A stretch of 64,000 bases of DNA from Candidatus Saccharimonadales bacterium (GCA_035479475.1 DATIIP010000033.1:2449-66448); one strand, 5' to 3'; numbered from the stretch's first letter, positions 10,801 to 20,471 are shown. The notes: generated by a model from the sequence alone, not told the origin. Numbers and translations are program-made.

Positions 10801-13800
10801 TTGTGGTGAGGTTGGCTACGTCGGTATCAGTCAGGGTGCGGAAGGTGCCATCGTACGTTACTTTGCGGGTAAAGCCATTCGGCTCGGTGGCGTTGGTAAC
10901 GTGCATGAGCGCGGTATTGTTGGGCAAATACGTGTAGGTGTGTGCCAACGGCGTAGCGCCAGCGGTGGCAGCTGGCAACGTTACACCAACTGCTCGGCCC
11001 AGAGCGTCGTAGGATATAGCCGTATAGGTAGTGGCATCATCCGCGCGAACACCGGCGCTAACTGCATCGTAGGCCAGACTATCTCGTACCTGCACAATGC
11101 GCCCGGCAGTGTCATAGCCGTAATCGGTAGTTTCGGAACCCGGCGCCACGATGCGCGACAAACGGGGGTTACCATTGCCATCGGCCTTGTAAAAGAAGCT
11201 AGTGGTGTTGCCGTCGGAAGTAGTGGCGGCACAAACGTACTGCGTAGACGTAGCGGCCAAGAAGCCAGATGGCGCAGTCGGACAACTATTGGGCGAATCG
11301 CTGCCGTAGTACACCTTAAGCCAGCGCGAACCGCTGACCGGGTCGCTGATTTGCGTTAAATGCACCGGTGAGCCATTGGACGTGCCGTAGGTGTATTGCA
11401 ACGCAGCCGGGTGTAAGTCGTCGGTGGCGGATGTAACCGAGCGGATGGTGCCATCGGTGTTAAAGACGTACGTTTGGCCATCGCTATCTTGCAGTGTTAC
11501 CGTGCCATCACCATTCCGGATCATTTGTCCGACCTCACCCGCTGGCGGTGTAAAACCGCCGTTCACATAGGTGTATTCATGCGATTGACCCTGAGAATCG
11601 TACAGCGTGACTGCCGATGGGTTGATGACTGCGTAATCATAGTTGGCGGTGCCATCGGCGTCCAAGCTCAAGTTCCAGCCATCGGGCAACACTTGGGTGC
11701 CGGGCGACAATGAGGTTGAGCTGACCGGCACACCTTGGGCGTTGCCCTGATTCCCCTGCTCCACGTACAGCCCCATTTGGGCATTACCCGTGTTCTCGTA
11801 ATATTCAACGGTGATGGGCACGGTTTGACCGGCGCTCAGCGTTGTGCCGCTGGCGGCATAGACCAGCGGGCTCGGACCATGATCGGACCAACTGTCCACA
11901 ATCTTGGTGCCGTTTAGGTAAATGCGCACGCCATCGTCACTGCCCGCCCCAAAGGTGTAAGTATCGGCAATCGGTGCGGTAAAGTAGCCGGTCCAGCGCA
12001 CCATAAAATGGTCGGCTGGTGCGCCCGGTGCTGGGGCATTCGCGCCCCAGTTCAGGTTTAAGCTGGGGTCGGTGCGTACCAAAAAGACGCGCGTTGGGTC
12101 GGCCGCGTCGGTGGGAAAATTGTGTGAGCCGTCGTCGGTGTAATAGTGGCCAGCCAGCCCGTGCGCCGTCGCGATGGGCTGAATGCCAGTTTGCAGCCAG
12201 GTGGTTGGGATGGCCTGCGATGCAATGGTGCCGTCGGTGGTTTTTACCAGCATCTGTGCCGAAGCGTTGCCGGTGATCTCGGCGAATTCATAGGTGATTT
12301 GTTCAACCTGGCCGGCCGTAAGCATAACCCCGGTGCCAAACTGAGCCGTGGGGTTGACGCTCCAGCCGTCCACATAGGCCGTGCCAGAACCGTTCAAAAA
12401 GATGCGCGAGCGATCGTCACTGGTAGTACCAAACTGGTAGGTGCCGTTTTGCGGTGCTACAAAGTAACCGGTGTAGCGCGCCAAAAAGTGATCATTATTC
12501 ACTACTCCGGAATACGGGCTGCCGCTACCCCAATCAAAGCTGACGTTGGGATCGGTGCGCGTGATGAGCGGAGCACTCGATGGAAACACCAATGTCCCGC
12601 CCGGATCATTCCAATATTGGCCAATCAGTCCGGCACTCGAGCGCTGCGGCGAGTTATAATCAAGCCCTAGCCCAAGCGTGCCACCCAGCGCAGCCACCGA
12701 ATTAGTCTGATTGCTAGTGGTTACATTACCGGTAGCCATATCAACATCTACCGGACCCATGCTGTCCAGGCTTTGTGTACTGTCGCGGCCATTGCGCAGA
12801 TCCACCCGGAACGAATAGACCGGCCCATACACCTGCGGCGCCCCGCTGTAGCTATCCCACACCACTGGCTGCCAGTAGTAGGTGGTACCGTCGTGCAAGA
12901 CATTGGCCGGCAGCGTCCATTGAGCCTGGTTAAGCAAACCAGAATCAGCAATCACTCCGGTGACGCCTTGTTGAATGTGGAACGGATCGTTTTGCGGCAG
13001 GTTTTTGCCCATGCCGACGATATAGCGATATTGCAGTGGCCCCGGACCATCCGGGTCGCTCGGCGTGGTAGAACCCAGCGTGGGCTGCAACGACGCTGTG
13101 CTGCCACCGTCGACCGGTGCCGGAATGCAGGGAGAGGCTGTGCAGATGGTGCTCTGTGCGGGCAGTGTCTCGTAGGTAAAGGTGACGCTAGTTTGCGTGT
13201 TATCGAAGAATTTGTAAGTATCGGCCGAGGTCTCTTCGCCTCTCACAATCATCCAGGGGCTGGTATCGCTAGCGGCTACTGCCGCTCGGTACATCGAAGC
13301 CATTTCGATGTCGCCACTCGTCGCAATAACGCTACTTGCTTCACCATAGGTACCTGCCGGATCAACGCAGTTGAACCCATTGGTACAGCTGGCGTGGTCC
13401 ACCGTAATAGTCTCGTTGCCGGTGGTGCCGTAATCGTTGCCGTCAGGCGTGGGCATTTGCAGGTGCAGCTTGGCACTCACCAGATATTGCCCAGGTGAAG
13501 CTGGCACAGCCGCCTGGTACACAAACCGCCAATAATCATCTGCGATGGCATCATGGCCCACACTGTTGCCGCAGCCCTGCCCAGGCCCGCACGATAGCCC
13601 AAAGTCACTCTCGAAATTGTTATAATTGCTGCCCTCCGGCACTGTAAACACTGTGGGGTCGATTACCAACGGGAAGGCTTTTTTGGGCTGTGCAGACAGC
13701 CAATCCTGGTCAACCACCACGCTTAGCACATTGCCCGAGGCGCTTTGCGTAACCGGTGAATCTTTAGCCACAATGCTGCCAGCAGCAGTACGCACAGTGG

Positions 13801-14674
13801 GCGCGGCCAGCACAAAGCCGCTAAATGCACCGTCTAACGCATACGCGCCATCTTGCCCGCTGACCGGTGTTAAATGAGCACCGGAAACCGCAAAACCATA
13901 CTGCGGCACAGCGTTCTTGTTGTGCAGCACGATGCTTTCCTTTACCTGCGAACCGCTGACGTTGTAGCGCAGGTCTACGCCGTTCCACAAATTGGCGTAG
14001 GTAACGGTTTGGGCCGAGCCCCTGCCCGATACAGTTGGATTCACAGCATTGGCGTCTACTGGCAGCATGCGAAAGGTTTGGCCGTCTTTGGCCAGTGCCA
14101 CGCCATAGGTTTTGGCATTGCCAAAGCTAGCTTGCCAGGCATTGGCCCGGGTACGCCACACACCGTCCGAGCCTTTTACGAGCGATGAATCAACATTTTG
14201 CCACTTGCCATTAGCGTCTTGATAGCTCGTGGCCTGGGCGGTATACACCACCGATGTTGTGCCATCGGCGTTGCGGTATTCCCGGCTATTGGCCGTCCGG
14301 CCAGTACTGAGTAATTGTACGTGTGTAAAGTTTTCACTCTTGCCCTTGGCGGCCGCGGCTTGCTGAGCAGCCAGCTGTGCGCTGAGTTTGGAAGAAAACG
14401 GCGCGCCAGCAGCCAGGCCCGAGCCACTAGCGGCCGGGGCGTACTGCAAGGCAGCATCGCTGGTAAGCGCTTGCGGCGTATGGCCACGTTTCGCCAAATA
14501 GTGCTCGATGTAGCTATAGAGCCCCGACGGGCCCGCGCTAGCAAACAGCAGCACCAGCAAAGAAAAAACACTGAACGTTCGGTAGCTCAGTGTTTTTACC
14601 CTTTTGGCTGGCCCCGTGCCGGTCCGAATACTATAGAGTTTTCTTCTGTTACCCCACGTTTTTATAAGCCGCAT
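7877..14674 (-). CDS. RHS/YD-repeat protein with N-terminal signal anchor, three PA14 domains and a short C-terminal variable module (polymorphic-toxin architecture)
   Basis: YD repeats ('YTYDNYNRL', 'YDAYGRL', 'YTYDKASRL', 'YEYDPFGN'). RHS core end '[41 protein letters not shown]'. ATG at 14674 has AGGAGG 4 nt upstream; the track start at 14692 is less likely. Confidence 0.9.
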   Translation of the reverse strand: MRLIKTWGNRRKLYSIRTGTGPAKRVKTLSYRTFSVFSLLVLLFASAGPSGLYSYIEHYLAKRGHTPQALTSDAALQYAPAASGSGLAAGAPFSSKLSAQLAAQQAAAAKGKSENFTHVQLLSTGRTANSREYRNADGTTSVVYTAQATSYQDANGKWQNVDSSLVKGSDGVWRTRANAWQASFGNAKTYGVALAKDGQTFRMLPVDANAVNPTVSGRGSAQTVTYANLWNGVDLRYNVSGSQVKESIVLHNKNAVPQYGFAVSGAHLTPVSGQDGAYALDGAFSGFVLAAPTVRTAAGSIVAKDSPVTQSASGNVLSVVVDQDWLSAQPKKAFPLVIDPTVFTVPEGSNYNNFESDFGLSCGPGQGCGNSVGHDAIADDYWRFVYQAAVPASPGQYLVSAKLHLQMPTPDGNDYGTTGNETITVDHASCTNGFNCVDPAGTYGEASSVIATSGDIEMASMYRAAVAASDTSPWMIVRGEETSADTYKFFDNTQTSVTFTYETLPAQSTICTASPCIPAPVDGGSTASLQPTLGSTTPSDPDGPGPLQYRYIVGMGKNLPQNDPFHIQQGVTGVIADSGLLNQAQWTLPANVLHDGTTYYWQPVVWDSYSGAPQVYGPVYSFRVDLRNGRDSTQSLDSMGPVDVDMATGNVTTSNQTNSVAALGGTLGLGLDYNSPQRSSAGLIGQYWNDPGGTLVFPSSAPLITRTDPNVSFDWGSGSPYSGVVNNDHFLARYTGYFVAPQNGTYQFGTTSDDRSRIFLNGSGTAYVDGWSVNPTAQFGTGVMLTAGQVEQITYEFAEITGNASAQMLVKTTDGTIASQAIPTTWLQTGIQPIATAHGLAGHYYTDDGSHNFPTDAADPTRVFLVRTDPSLNLNWGANAPAPGAPADHFMVRWTGYFTAPIADTYTFGAGSDDGVRIYLNGTKIVDSWSDHGPSPLVYAASGTTLSAGQTVPITVEYYENTGNAQMGLYVEQGNQGNAQGVPVSSTSLSPGTQVLPDGWNLSLDADGTANYDYAVINPSAVTLYDSQGQSHEYTYVNGGFTPPAGEVGQMIRNGDGTVTLQDSDGQTYVFNTDGTIRSVTSATDDLHPAALQYTYGTSNGSPVHLTQISDPVSGSRWLKVYYGSDSPNSCPTAPSGFLAATSTQYVCAATTSDGNTTSFFYKADGNGNPRLSRIVAPGSETTDYGYDTAGRIVQVRDSLAYDAVSAGVRADDATTYTAISYDALGRAVGVTLPAATAGATPLAHTYTYLPNNTALMHVTNATEPNGFTRKVTYDGTFRTLTDTDVANLTTTTVWDAKKDLTLSSTEPTGLETTYLYDYASRLTDTYGPAPSTWFGTDRKPLTTPTDYTPQVPHDQTGYDQGINGLATAYYNEVSATNGTGGSTAVLFGAPKSHATGIGPSNGDVLQTWNGTPPFTPDSGDGWGASLTGDIHLTTTGTYNFRVFSNDGVRLWIDDNLIVNDWTDGAQRSHPTGTFAATYNAGDDTQNWHRVRLDYYNKLGDTNARLELYMTPPGGSETSSLGSLLTPLYGLDTTDTTYDSSASVGNQVTTHNYGTHPELGLVQSDTVDPSGLALTTSYTYETQGATGSFLRQLSKALPGGVTTNYSYYGATETRQNPCNVSQTFSQAGMLKITTGPDPDGAGSQTPVTTENVYDNAGRIVAARINTDPWKCTTYDSRGRVTQQTYPALANTTHVTRSARTITSNYAYLGNPLVNTVADGSGTLTSTNDLLGRLTAYTDEQIIGTTHNLYGTTYVYDNLGRLITKSGVGTESYTYDNYNRLATQKLAGITIATPTYDAYGRLSAVAYNAAGVLKLTVSYDTLGSQSGVTYTRGTSAPGTTIADAVTLSQSGQVVSGTENAMAKTYTYDKASRLTSARLGATTFGYNYGTPTGCTGTYNTNAGKDGDRTSQSINGITSTTYCYDYADRLIKSNDSDYTTETYDAHGNLSKGSSSQTGIEYDSSDRAVYMSEFSTKQTFDAINRQTYSSNASAYRVYADSTSTPIASYFSGSSLTARYVQLPGNVILTIQGSQISNPSSFSNVYSLPDMNGDIFAVANGDGSAGAWTYEYDPFGNIITTPNPSNADGDFFGYKGSSEMFTFSNTVDHGYIQMGSRLYSSHLGLFAQIDPVEGGNTNDYVYPQDPVNDNDLSGQNSISWKNLFKNVHFFTGKHTTPRPPRYIDKVIKRGDTLRVYPTKLGRVTDARNGLEAWNQVKSLAPTANRKNLQDQFFCHWEFVRLRAPNKESWNLDSSRPDVGYWSTVAAQCNP
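7880..8224 (-). other. C-terminal variable module of the RHS protein (115 aa after the core-terminal motif)
   Basis: Sequence after '...[11 protein letters not shown]'. It ends '[44 protein letters not shown]', which I recall as resembling DUF2599-type proteins (memory only). Confidence 0.6.
10140..10585 (-). other. PA14 domain 3, inserted within the YD-repeat region (approximate bounds)
   Basis: '[11 protein letters not shown]...[26 protein letters not shown]...RLDYYN'. Confidence 0.7.
11760..12161 (-). other. PA14 domain 2 of the RHS protein (approximate bounds)
   Basis: '[16 protein letters not shown]...[35 protein letters not shown]'; tandem to domain 1. Confidence 0.8.
12230..12635 (-). 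other. PA14 domain 1 of the RHS protein (approximate bounds)
   Basis: '[12 protein letters not shown]...[35 protein letters not shown]'. Confidence 0.8.
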
Positions 14675-14805
14675 AGTGCCTCCTTCAGTCAATCCTAAGC
14701 AAGCTCATACTCCCACGCTACGCTCAAAAGCATTGGTGAATTTTCTTACAATAGTTTGTTCATTTTTGTATATTTCAGACGCTTTTAAGCTTTCTAGATC
14801 GCAGC

Positions 14806-14834
14806 AAAAAAACCACCGACATGGTGGTTTTTTT
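14806..14834. terminator. Bidirectional rho-independent terminator between the sipW-like operon and the RHS gene
   Basis: 'AAAAAAACCACC gaca TGGTGGTTTTTTT': perfect stem flanked by an A-run and a T-run. Confidence 0.8.
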
Positions 14835-14854
14835 GCAGACAGGTCTACCCCTGT

Positions 14855-15730
14855 TTAACAGCCGTTGACGGTAATCGAGATATTACTGTTGTTCGTATTC
14901 GTAACACTGCCGCTAGTAGTAGATCCGCCGCCCGTGTTGCCCGATGATGTTGCGCCACCACTCTGCCCAGTTTGGCTTGACGAATTGCTGACATTGACGT
15001 TAGTGTTGCTGGTGCAATTACCGGTGCCACCTCCACCACCGGTGGGTGTACTGGCAACCGACAAATTGTTCGGCCCAAGTGTTACCGTATTGCTGGTACC
15101 GAGTAGCGCAGAGGCAGAGCTCCAGCCCACGCCCATTACCAGCACGGCAAACGCGCCGGTCGCCATGGCAAGCTTAGGCCGAACGTTTGGCTTGCGGTGC
15201 GGCCGCGCCAACTCCCACAATCGATATGGCTTAATCTTGCGCAAGTACGCTGCCAAACGCCGCGTTTCTTCAGTCATGATCAGCAGCGCCGGCAAGTAGA
15301 CCAGTAGGGTAATCCCCGGCCAGGTTTTAGCCCACATCAGCCATGTTCCAACATACGGCACATGCCAGACCATCTTGCCCCGCACCAAGCCGCCTACCAC
15401 CGGCAAATCCGGGCTAGGGTTGGCATCACCTTTGGTGATATAAGCCGGTATGCCATGTAGTTTATACACTTTAATGATGCGGTGCGTCAGCGTACTGTGC
15501 ATCGTGAGCGGATTGGTGTGAGTGATGACGTCCCCAACTCGTAGCGATGAGTAAGGGACGCGGTGCACTAGCACCAACGATCCAGGCGACATAGTGGGAC
15601 GCATGCTGCCGGTCGGCACACTCAAAGCCTGCCAGCCCAGTGTCTGCCTGTTGAATAGCAGCACAGTGGCAGCGCACAGCAAGAATCCCGCTATGCCCAA
15701 AGTTATGAGTGTGCGTCGCAGCAGCTTCAT
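14855..15730 (-). CDS. SipW-like (S26B-type) signal peptidase I with a C-terminal extension carrying a second TM and a Gly/Ser/Thr/Asn-rich tail
   Basis: 'VPTGSMRPTMSPGSLVLV' (catalytic Ser motif) and 'ITKGDANPSPD' (TKGDxN motif of the SipW/archaeal type). The tail copies the neighbour's signal region. Confidence 0.8.
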   Translation of the reverse strand: MKLLRRTLITLGIAGFLLCAATVLLFNRQTLGWQALSVPTGSMRPTMSPGSLVLVHRVPYSSLRVGDVITHTNPLTMHSTLTHRIIKVYKLHGIPAYITKGDANPSPDLPVVGGLVRGKMVWHVPYVGTWLMWAKTWPGITLLVYLPALLIMTEETRRLAAYLRKIKPYRLWELARPHRKPNVRPKLAMATGAFAVLVMGVGWSSASALLGTSNTVTLGPNNLSVASTPTGGGGGTGNCTSNTNVNVSNSSSQTGQSGGATSSGNTGGGSTTSGSVTNTNNSNISITVNGC

Positions 15731-15745
15731 GCGTTATGTCCTAAA

Positions 15746-16300
15746 CTAACTCGCGGACTGTGTCCCTACGAATTGAATGTCGAAAGGATTCACTGTAGTA
15801 CCGGGACCGGTAAAGCTCGATGACAACTCTGCCGTAGCATTGCAGTCTACCGTAGCCCCTGCGGCCAATGTGCCCAACGGTGTTCCACCAGTATACTGAT
15901 CGAGCGTTCCGCTAGAGTTACTGCTGCCACAAGTCATGTCTAACGTGACATCTGCCGGTGGAATCGGCGAGCCCACTAAGGCTGCCTGTGGAATAGCTGT
16001 AGTAAGATCAAGTGACACGTCACCAGTGTTCTTTAGACAGAAGAGATATTGAGTCGAGGGCACGCCTGGCGTAAGCTTAACGGTCATGCCAGGTTTTGAT
16101 GTGCTTGATAAATCTGTACAGTTTCCACCGTTGCCCAGGCCGATTTGCAATGCTGCCGTGGCTGACGTAAGTGTGTTTTGAGTCAATGCAACCGTGTTCG
16201 ACGTCAGCGCCGCAAACGTAATTCCGCCCACTAACGCTCCCACAGCCCCCATAGTTCCAACAGCCCGAACCATTGGATTAATTTTTCTAATACTAAACAT
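15746..16300 (-). CDS. Secreted TasA/camelysin-like protein with a SipW-type signal peptide
   Basis: ATG at 16300 with GGAGG upstream. 'AVGALVGGITFAALTSNTVAL' resembles the GGT(F/Y)A-type SipW-dependent signal. Adjacent to the sipW-like gene. Confidence 0.65.
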   Translation of the reverse strand: MFSIRKINPMVRAVGTMGAVGALVGGITFAALTSNTVALTQNTLTSATAALQIGLGNGGNCTDLSSTSKPGMTVKLTPGVPSTQYLFCLKNTGDVSLDLTTAIPQAALVGSPIPPADVTLDMTCGSSNSSGTLDQYTGGTPLGTLAAGATVDCNATAELSSSFTGPGTTVNPFDIQFVGTQSAS

Positions 16301-16425
16301 ACGCACCCCTCCTTGCTCAATTAGTAAGGCCCATTTTAGGCGCGGCTGAGCATGAGCGGTATACAAATTTTCACAAACGAGTGCTAGCCAAACGGGGCTA
16401 TTTTGCACTGTTTTACAGAGAGGGC

Positions 16426-17121
16426 TTAGCCCGCAATAACAATCCCGCGCCCGCTATAAAACCGAGCAAAATCTTTCCCACCCACAGCCGCATAGGCTTG
16501 TGATTCCACCGACCCGCCCGACGGATTATGCATATAGAACACCGCTGTCCCACGATCGTACCCAACCACCAGTACTAGATGCCCGCCTTTGGCCTGGGGC
16601 ACAGACTCAGGGTCACGAATCGCCGGGCTCACCGAAGCAATCACATAATTACCCCGCGCCAGTTCATACACAATCTGCACCGGTGGCAAAACCGGCACCG
16701 CTCGTGCCATCAGCCCAAATTCCTCACGCACAAATGGTACGAATGGTGCATAGTTGAGTCCAATCGAGCTTTCGAGCGGCATGTCGTAACACCCGTAGCG
16801 CACCGCCATCTTGCAAAGCGTTACCAGGGGCACAATCTGGCCCCGATGCGCCAGCACCATCCGCAGGCAGGCCATACCGCAAGCGTTCCAGCTCCACTCG
16901 GCATATTCGGCCCGTGTCGCCGCACCCGAGTGCTTCCACGCCGGGTCATCCTCGGCCCGCACCGTGCCATCCAGAATCTGCCGCACCAACCCGCGCGATT
17001 CCCACTGCGCAAAATAGGGCACGCCCTTGTGCACAGACCGCTTGGGCAAGCCCAGCCCAACCGCGCCATACCACACGGCTTTTACAACCGTTAGCGTTCC
17101 AAGCAAATACCGCTTAACCAT
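16426..17121 (-). CDS. Peptidase C39-like (papain-fold) domain protein
   Basis: 'YFAQWES...NACGMACLRMVL' (catalytic Cys context) and 'GGHLVLVVGYD' (His). Start overlaps the ddl stop (TGATG). Confidence 0.7.
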   Translation of the reverse strand: MVKRYLLGTLTVVKAVWYGAVGLGLPKRSVHKGVPYFAQWESRGLVRQILDGTVRAEDDPAWKHSGAATRAEYAEWSWNACGMACLRMVLAHRGQIVPLVTLCKMAVRYGCYDMPLESSIGLNYAPFVPFVREEFGLMARAVPVLPPVQIVYELARGNYVIASVSPAIRDPESVPQAKGGHLVLVVGYDRGTAVFYMHNPSGGSVESQAYAAVGGKDFARFYSGRGIVIAG

Positions 17122-18164
17122 CAGGAATGGGTCGTCAGCAAACCTCGACGCTCCCCAAAACGCTCCAGCGCCAGCTCAATCAACTGCGTAATCAGCTCCC
17201 GATATCCCAGCCCGCTGGCCTCCCACAACTGCGGATACATACTAATGCTCGTAAAGCCGGGAATGGTGTTGACCTCGTTCACCACCACCTCACTCACGGG
17301 CGTCACAAACATATCCACCCGCGCCATGCCCTCGCAGCCCAGCGCCCGGTAGGTCTTAAGCGCCGTAGCTTGTACCTGTTTGGTCAGCCCATCTGTCAGC
17401 TTGGCCGGAATTTCCAGATCGGTCGTATCATCAATGTATTTGGCTTCGTAGGTATAAAAATCGGCCTTCACGATCAACCGGCCGGGCACTGAAACCTGCG
17501 GCTGGTCATTCCCCAGCACCGCGCACTCCACTTCGTCGCCCACTACCGCCTTTTCGATCAGAACTTTGCGGTCATATTGGAACGCCCGGTCGAGCGCCGC
17601 CGCCAAGCTGGCTTGGTCCACGGCTTTACTCACCCCCACCGAAGAGCCCATGTTAGCCGGTTTGACAAACAGCGGTGTTCCTAGGGTTTTTATAACCTCC
17701 GGCAGGTCGCACGCAGCGCGTTCAGCCGCGGTAAGCACGATGAACTCCGCCACCGTCACCCCCACCTCGCGCAGCAGCCGTTTGGTAACCTCTTTGTCCA
17801 TGCCAGCCGCCGACGCCAAAATGCCACAGCCCACATACGGCACGCCCGCCAACTCCAAGAGCCCTTGCATGCTGCCGTCTTCGCCAAACGGTCCGTGCAA
17901 CACCGGGAACACCACATCAACCCGCTTGAGCAGCTGGTCTTTATTGGCCTGGTCGCTGCCAGCCGCCACCTCTGTGCCCAGCTGTTGCAGTTCGTGCCAG
18001 CCACCACGGCGGTCAATGCCGATCAGCACCGGCTCAAACTTAGCAGTATCAAGCGCGTCTAGGACGTTTTTGGCTGACCGCATCGACACCTCGTGCTCGG
18101 CCGACTGGCCGCCGCAAATGATGCCGATGCGTAGTTTAGCAGGTTTGGAATTGGTCTGTTTCAT
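17121..18164 (-). CDS. ddl: D-alanine--D-alanine ligase
   Basis: 'IGIICGGQSAEHEVS', 'VFPVLHGPFGEDGSMQGLLE', 'EVNTIPGFTSISMYPQLW'. Confidence 0.95.
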   Translation of the reverse strand: MKQTNSKPAKLRIGIICGGQSAEHEVSMRSAKNVLDALDTAKFEPVLIGIDRRGGWHELQQLGTEVAAGSDQANKDQLLKRVDVVFPVLHGPFGEDGSMQGLLELAGVPYVGCGILASAAGMDKEVTKRLLREVGVTVAEFIVLTAAERAACDLPEVIKTLGTPLFVKPANMGSSVGVSKAVDQASLAAALDRAFQYDRKVLIEKAVVGDEVECAVLGNDQPQVSVPGRLIVKADFYTYEAKYIDDTTDLEIPAKLTDGLTKQVQATALKTYRALGCEGMARVDMFVTPVSEVVVNEVNTIPGFTSISMYPQLWEASGLGYRELITQLIELALERFGERRGLLTTHS

Positions 18165-18216
18165 GCTCCTATCGTACCCTAATGCAACATACTTCTGAAC
18201 TTTTTGGAAATTGTGA

Positions 18217-18271
18217 TAGATTGCCTAATCTGTTCATAATCTGTAAGATAATTGTTGTCCAATCAGATTAG
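18217..18271. promoter_or_regulatory. Cluster of TAATCTG/CAGATTA heptamers and an AGATT-N4-AATCT palindrome in the ddl / trmB-like divergent region (candidate operator)
   Basis: TAATCTG at 18226-32 and 18238-44. Its complement CAGATTA at 18264-70. 'AGATTgcctAATCT' at 18217-30. Confidence 0.35.
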
Positions 18272-18289
18272 ACATCTTTAGCAATTCCA

Positions 18290-18298
18290 TGCTATAGT
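18290..18298 (+). promoter_or_regulatory. Extended -10 box (TGcTATAGT) 9 nt upstream of the trmB-like ATG (leaderless-type arrangement)
   Basis: Sequence match to TGnTATAAT; no Shine-Dalgarno sequence between it and the ATG at 18308. Confidence 0.45.
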
Positions 18299-18307
18299 TG
18301 AGAGCCT

Positions 18308-19063
18308 ATGGACAGAGCCCTGGCGAACGCCCTGCTGCAGCTCGGCTGCAGCGAAAAGCACATCCGCTTTTACCGGGCCAATTTAGAATTGGGTGCGGCT
18401 ACCCTCATGGAGATTGCCAAAAAGGCACGACTGCAGCGCTCCACTGCCTACCTGATCGCCACCGAGCTGATCGAAAAAGGGCTCATCATCGGCGATCACA
18501 AAGCCTACAAAGAATCGTTCTCGGCCGCCGAGCCCGATGTCATCCTGCAGAAGCTAGAAGCCAAGCAACGCCAAGTGGGCCGCAGCAGCCTGGCCTTTAA
18601 AGAAGCACTGCCAGAGCTAAGGGCCGCTCATCAAACTACCCTGACCCGGCCGCGCGTGCGGACGTTCGAAGGCAAGGCCGGGCTACTGGGCGTCTGGAAA
18701 AACATCATGACCACCACAGACGAGATTCTACTGTGGACCAACCAGGAGTCTGAGCGCCAAGTTTTCGGCGATGGCACGCACGATTTGTTCATTCGCGAGC
18801 GTTTGTCCAAGAGAATCCCCATCCGAGTACTGGCCGTGAACAATTCCGAAGCAGAGCGGCTGGTGGCCGCCGATGCCGCCTGCCTGCGCCAGACCAAGCT
18901 CCTGCCGCCAGATACATCCTTCACCAGCGAAACGTACATTTACGGCAACAAGGTTGCGGTGCTAGACATCGGCAAAAGCATCTTTGGCGTCATCACCGAA
19001 AACGAGCAGATCGCCGCCTCGCAGCGGGCACTGTTTGAGCTGGTGTGGTCGGCGCGACCCTAA
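18308..19063 (+). CDS. TrmB-family transcriptional regulator
   Basis: N-terminal wHTH 'FYRANLELGAATLMEIAKKARLQRSTAYLIATELIEKGLI' plus a C-terminal TrmB-like domain. Confidence 0.7.
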   Translation: MDRALANALLQLGCSEKHIRFYRANLELGAATLMEIAKKARLQRSTAYLIATELIEKGLIIGDHKAYKESFSAAEPDVILQKLEAKQRQVGRSSLAFKEALPELRAAHQTTLTRPRVRTFEGKAGLLGVWKNIMTTTDEILLWTNQESERQVFGDGTHDLFIRERLSKRIPIRVLAVNNSEAERLVAADAACLRQTKLLPPDTSFTSETYIYGNKVAVLDIGKSIFGVITENEQIAASQRALFELVWSARP

Positions 19064-19614
19064 GCTTCATGGTCGCGGAACCACTCCAGGTAGTATTGCA
19101 GTTCGGCAATACTGGCCTGAATGTCGTCGAACGCCCGGTGCATGTCATTTTTATCGAACGCCACACCGTATTTGCCCTGCATCACCAGTTTCCAGGCGCT
19201 GACATCGAGCATACGGTAGTGCAGCAGCTGGTCCACTTCGGGCCACCATTGTTTGATAAAAACACGGTCGTTGTGGATGCTATTCCCCGCTAGCACCGCC
19301 GGTTCGTCACCAAACTGCGCCTGTATAAAACCCACCAGCTCGTGGATCACCTCTTGCTCCGGCCGGCCTTCGGTGCGTACTCGCTCGGTCAATCCGCTCT
19401 TGGCGTGCTGGTCTTTGGCCCACTGATTACCCTTTTCCAGCACATCGTCCGGTTGCTTGATGACCGCCTCGTAGCTGGCCAGCGTTTTAAACGACCAATC
19501 GGTTACCTCGGCCGCCACCTCAATGATCACATGTTGCTCCGGGTCCAGCCCGGTCATCTCCAAATCTATCCAGAGCAACTTAGTGCTTGGTGCTTTCTTG
19601 TCTATTTCAGGCAT
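19060..19614 (-). CDS. orn: Oligoribonuclease
   Basis: 'LLWIDLEMTGLDPEQHVIIEVAA', 'LAGNSIHNDRVFI', 'HRAFDDIQASIAEL' (DEDDh exonuclease motifs). Confidence 0.9.
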   Translation of the reverse strand: MPEIDKKAPSTKLLWIDLEMTGLDPEQHVIIEVAAEVTDWSFKTLASYEAVIKQPDDVLEKGNQWAKDQHAKSGLTERVRTEGRPEQEVIHELVGFIQAQFGDEPAVLAGNSIHNDRVFIKQWWPEVDQLLHYRMLDVSAWKLVMQGKYGVAFDKNDMHRAFDDIQASIAELQYYLEWFRDHEA

Positions 19615-20434
19615 CTATCTGCTCCTGTAGCCATTTTCCTGTTTTCTTATATAATTCCCAACGCTTTTCTTCGGTCTCATCGAATTGGTGCCCTGCATCT
19701 ATTGTCACCAACTTAACTGAGGTCCCGGCAGCTGTGGCTGCAGCCGCATATCTCCTATTATACTTAGAAAGGCTTGCATCTCGACCTATGGCGCTAGCAA
19801 TAAACAAAGGATACGGCTTTCCAGCTAGTGTAGAGGTATCGCCGAGTGCATAATCAGCCTCTACCATAGCTCTTCCGAGCGGAAGATCTTCAGCGTCATA
19901 GGGGATCCACTCTTCAGCGTCATACGGGATCCACAAATCGCCCACCCAATACCCATTCAACTCCGCCACTCGGTGGTCGCGCCAAAACGATCCATGCGAC
20001 GGATCCCACAGTGCCGCTCCAGCCAGCCTTTCTGTGGACTTTAGGATGGTAAGGCCGCCATAACTGTGACCTACAGCAAAGATTTGTGAAACACCTACCA
20101 CCCCTCGCAGGTATCCAACTACCGTCTCGAAATCATCAACATGGGTTTCTAGCGTGCAGTCCACGAGTCTACGCGTCCCTGGCTCATCAACGTAATTGTT
20201 ATACATTGCGAGGCGTAGGCTAGCCAACCCCAGCTGATTGTACAAGTAGTTGGCTCCGTTGATTTGCAGCGGCTCCAGGGGATCTCCCGGCCTGCCGTGC
20301 ATCATAACTACTATAGGCTGGTCAGGGTCAAGCGCGCCGTACAGCTGACCACTTATGTGCAGTCCGTCGGTATCTGGCAAAGCAATCTCAACCGTCCCCT
20401 GTTTGTCGACAGCTCCGTAACCCATTTCAGCCAT
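19607..20434 (-). CDS. Alpha/beta-fold hydrolase
   Basis: Nucleophile elbow 'GHSYGG'; 'VVMMHGRPG' oxyanion region. Confidence 0.75.
   Translation of the reverse strand: MAEMGYGAVDKQGTVEIALPDTDGLHISGQLYGALDPDQPIVVMMHGRPGDPLEPLQINGANYLYNQLGLASLRLAMYNNYVDEPGTRRLVDCTLETHVDDFETVVGYLRGVVGVSQIFAVGHSYGGLTILKSTERLAGAALWDPSHGSFWRDHRVAELNGYWVGDLWIPYDAEEWIPYDAEDLPLGRAMVEADYALGDTSTLAGKPYPLFIASAIGRDASLSKYNRRYAAAATAAGTSVKLVTIDAGHQFDETEEKRWELYKKTGKWLQEQIDA
19887..19934. repeat. Tandem 24-bp duplication (1 mismatch) inside the hydrolase gene
   Basis: 'tcttcagcgtcataggggatccac' / 'tcttcagcgtcatacgggatccac'; encodes 'WIPYDAEEWIPYDAED'. Confidence 0.95.
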
Positions 20435-20471
20435 GTGGGCAGTATTATACCCGCTTTACCAAAAGATTTGG

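Noticed and set aside
8045-14698. Many 60-240-aa ORFs on both strands within the RHS gene (e.g. 12773-13498 +, 12146-12670 +, 10901-11359 +)
   Set aside because: All are nested in or antisense to the 2265-aa RHS frame, which is continuous and carries domain signatures. None has an RBS or recognisable motifs.
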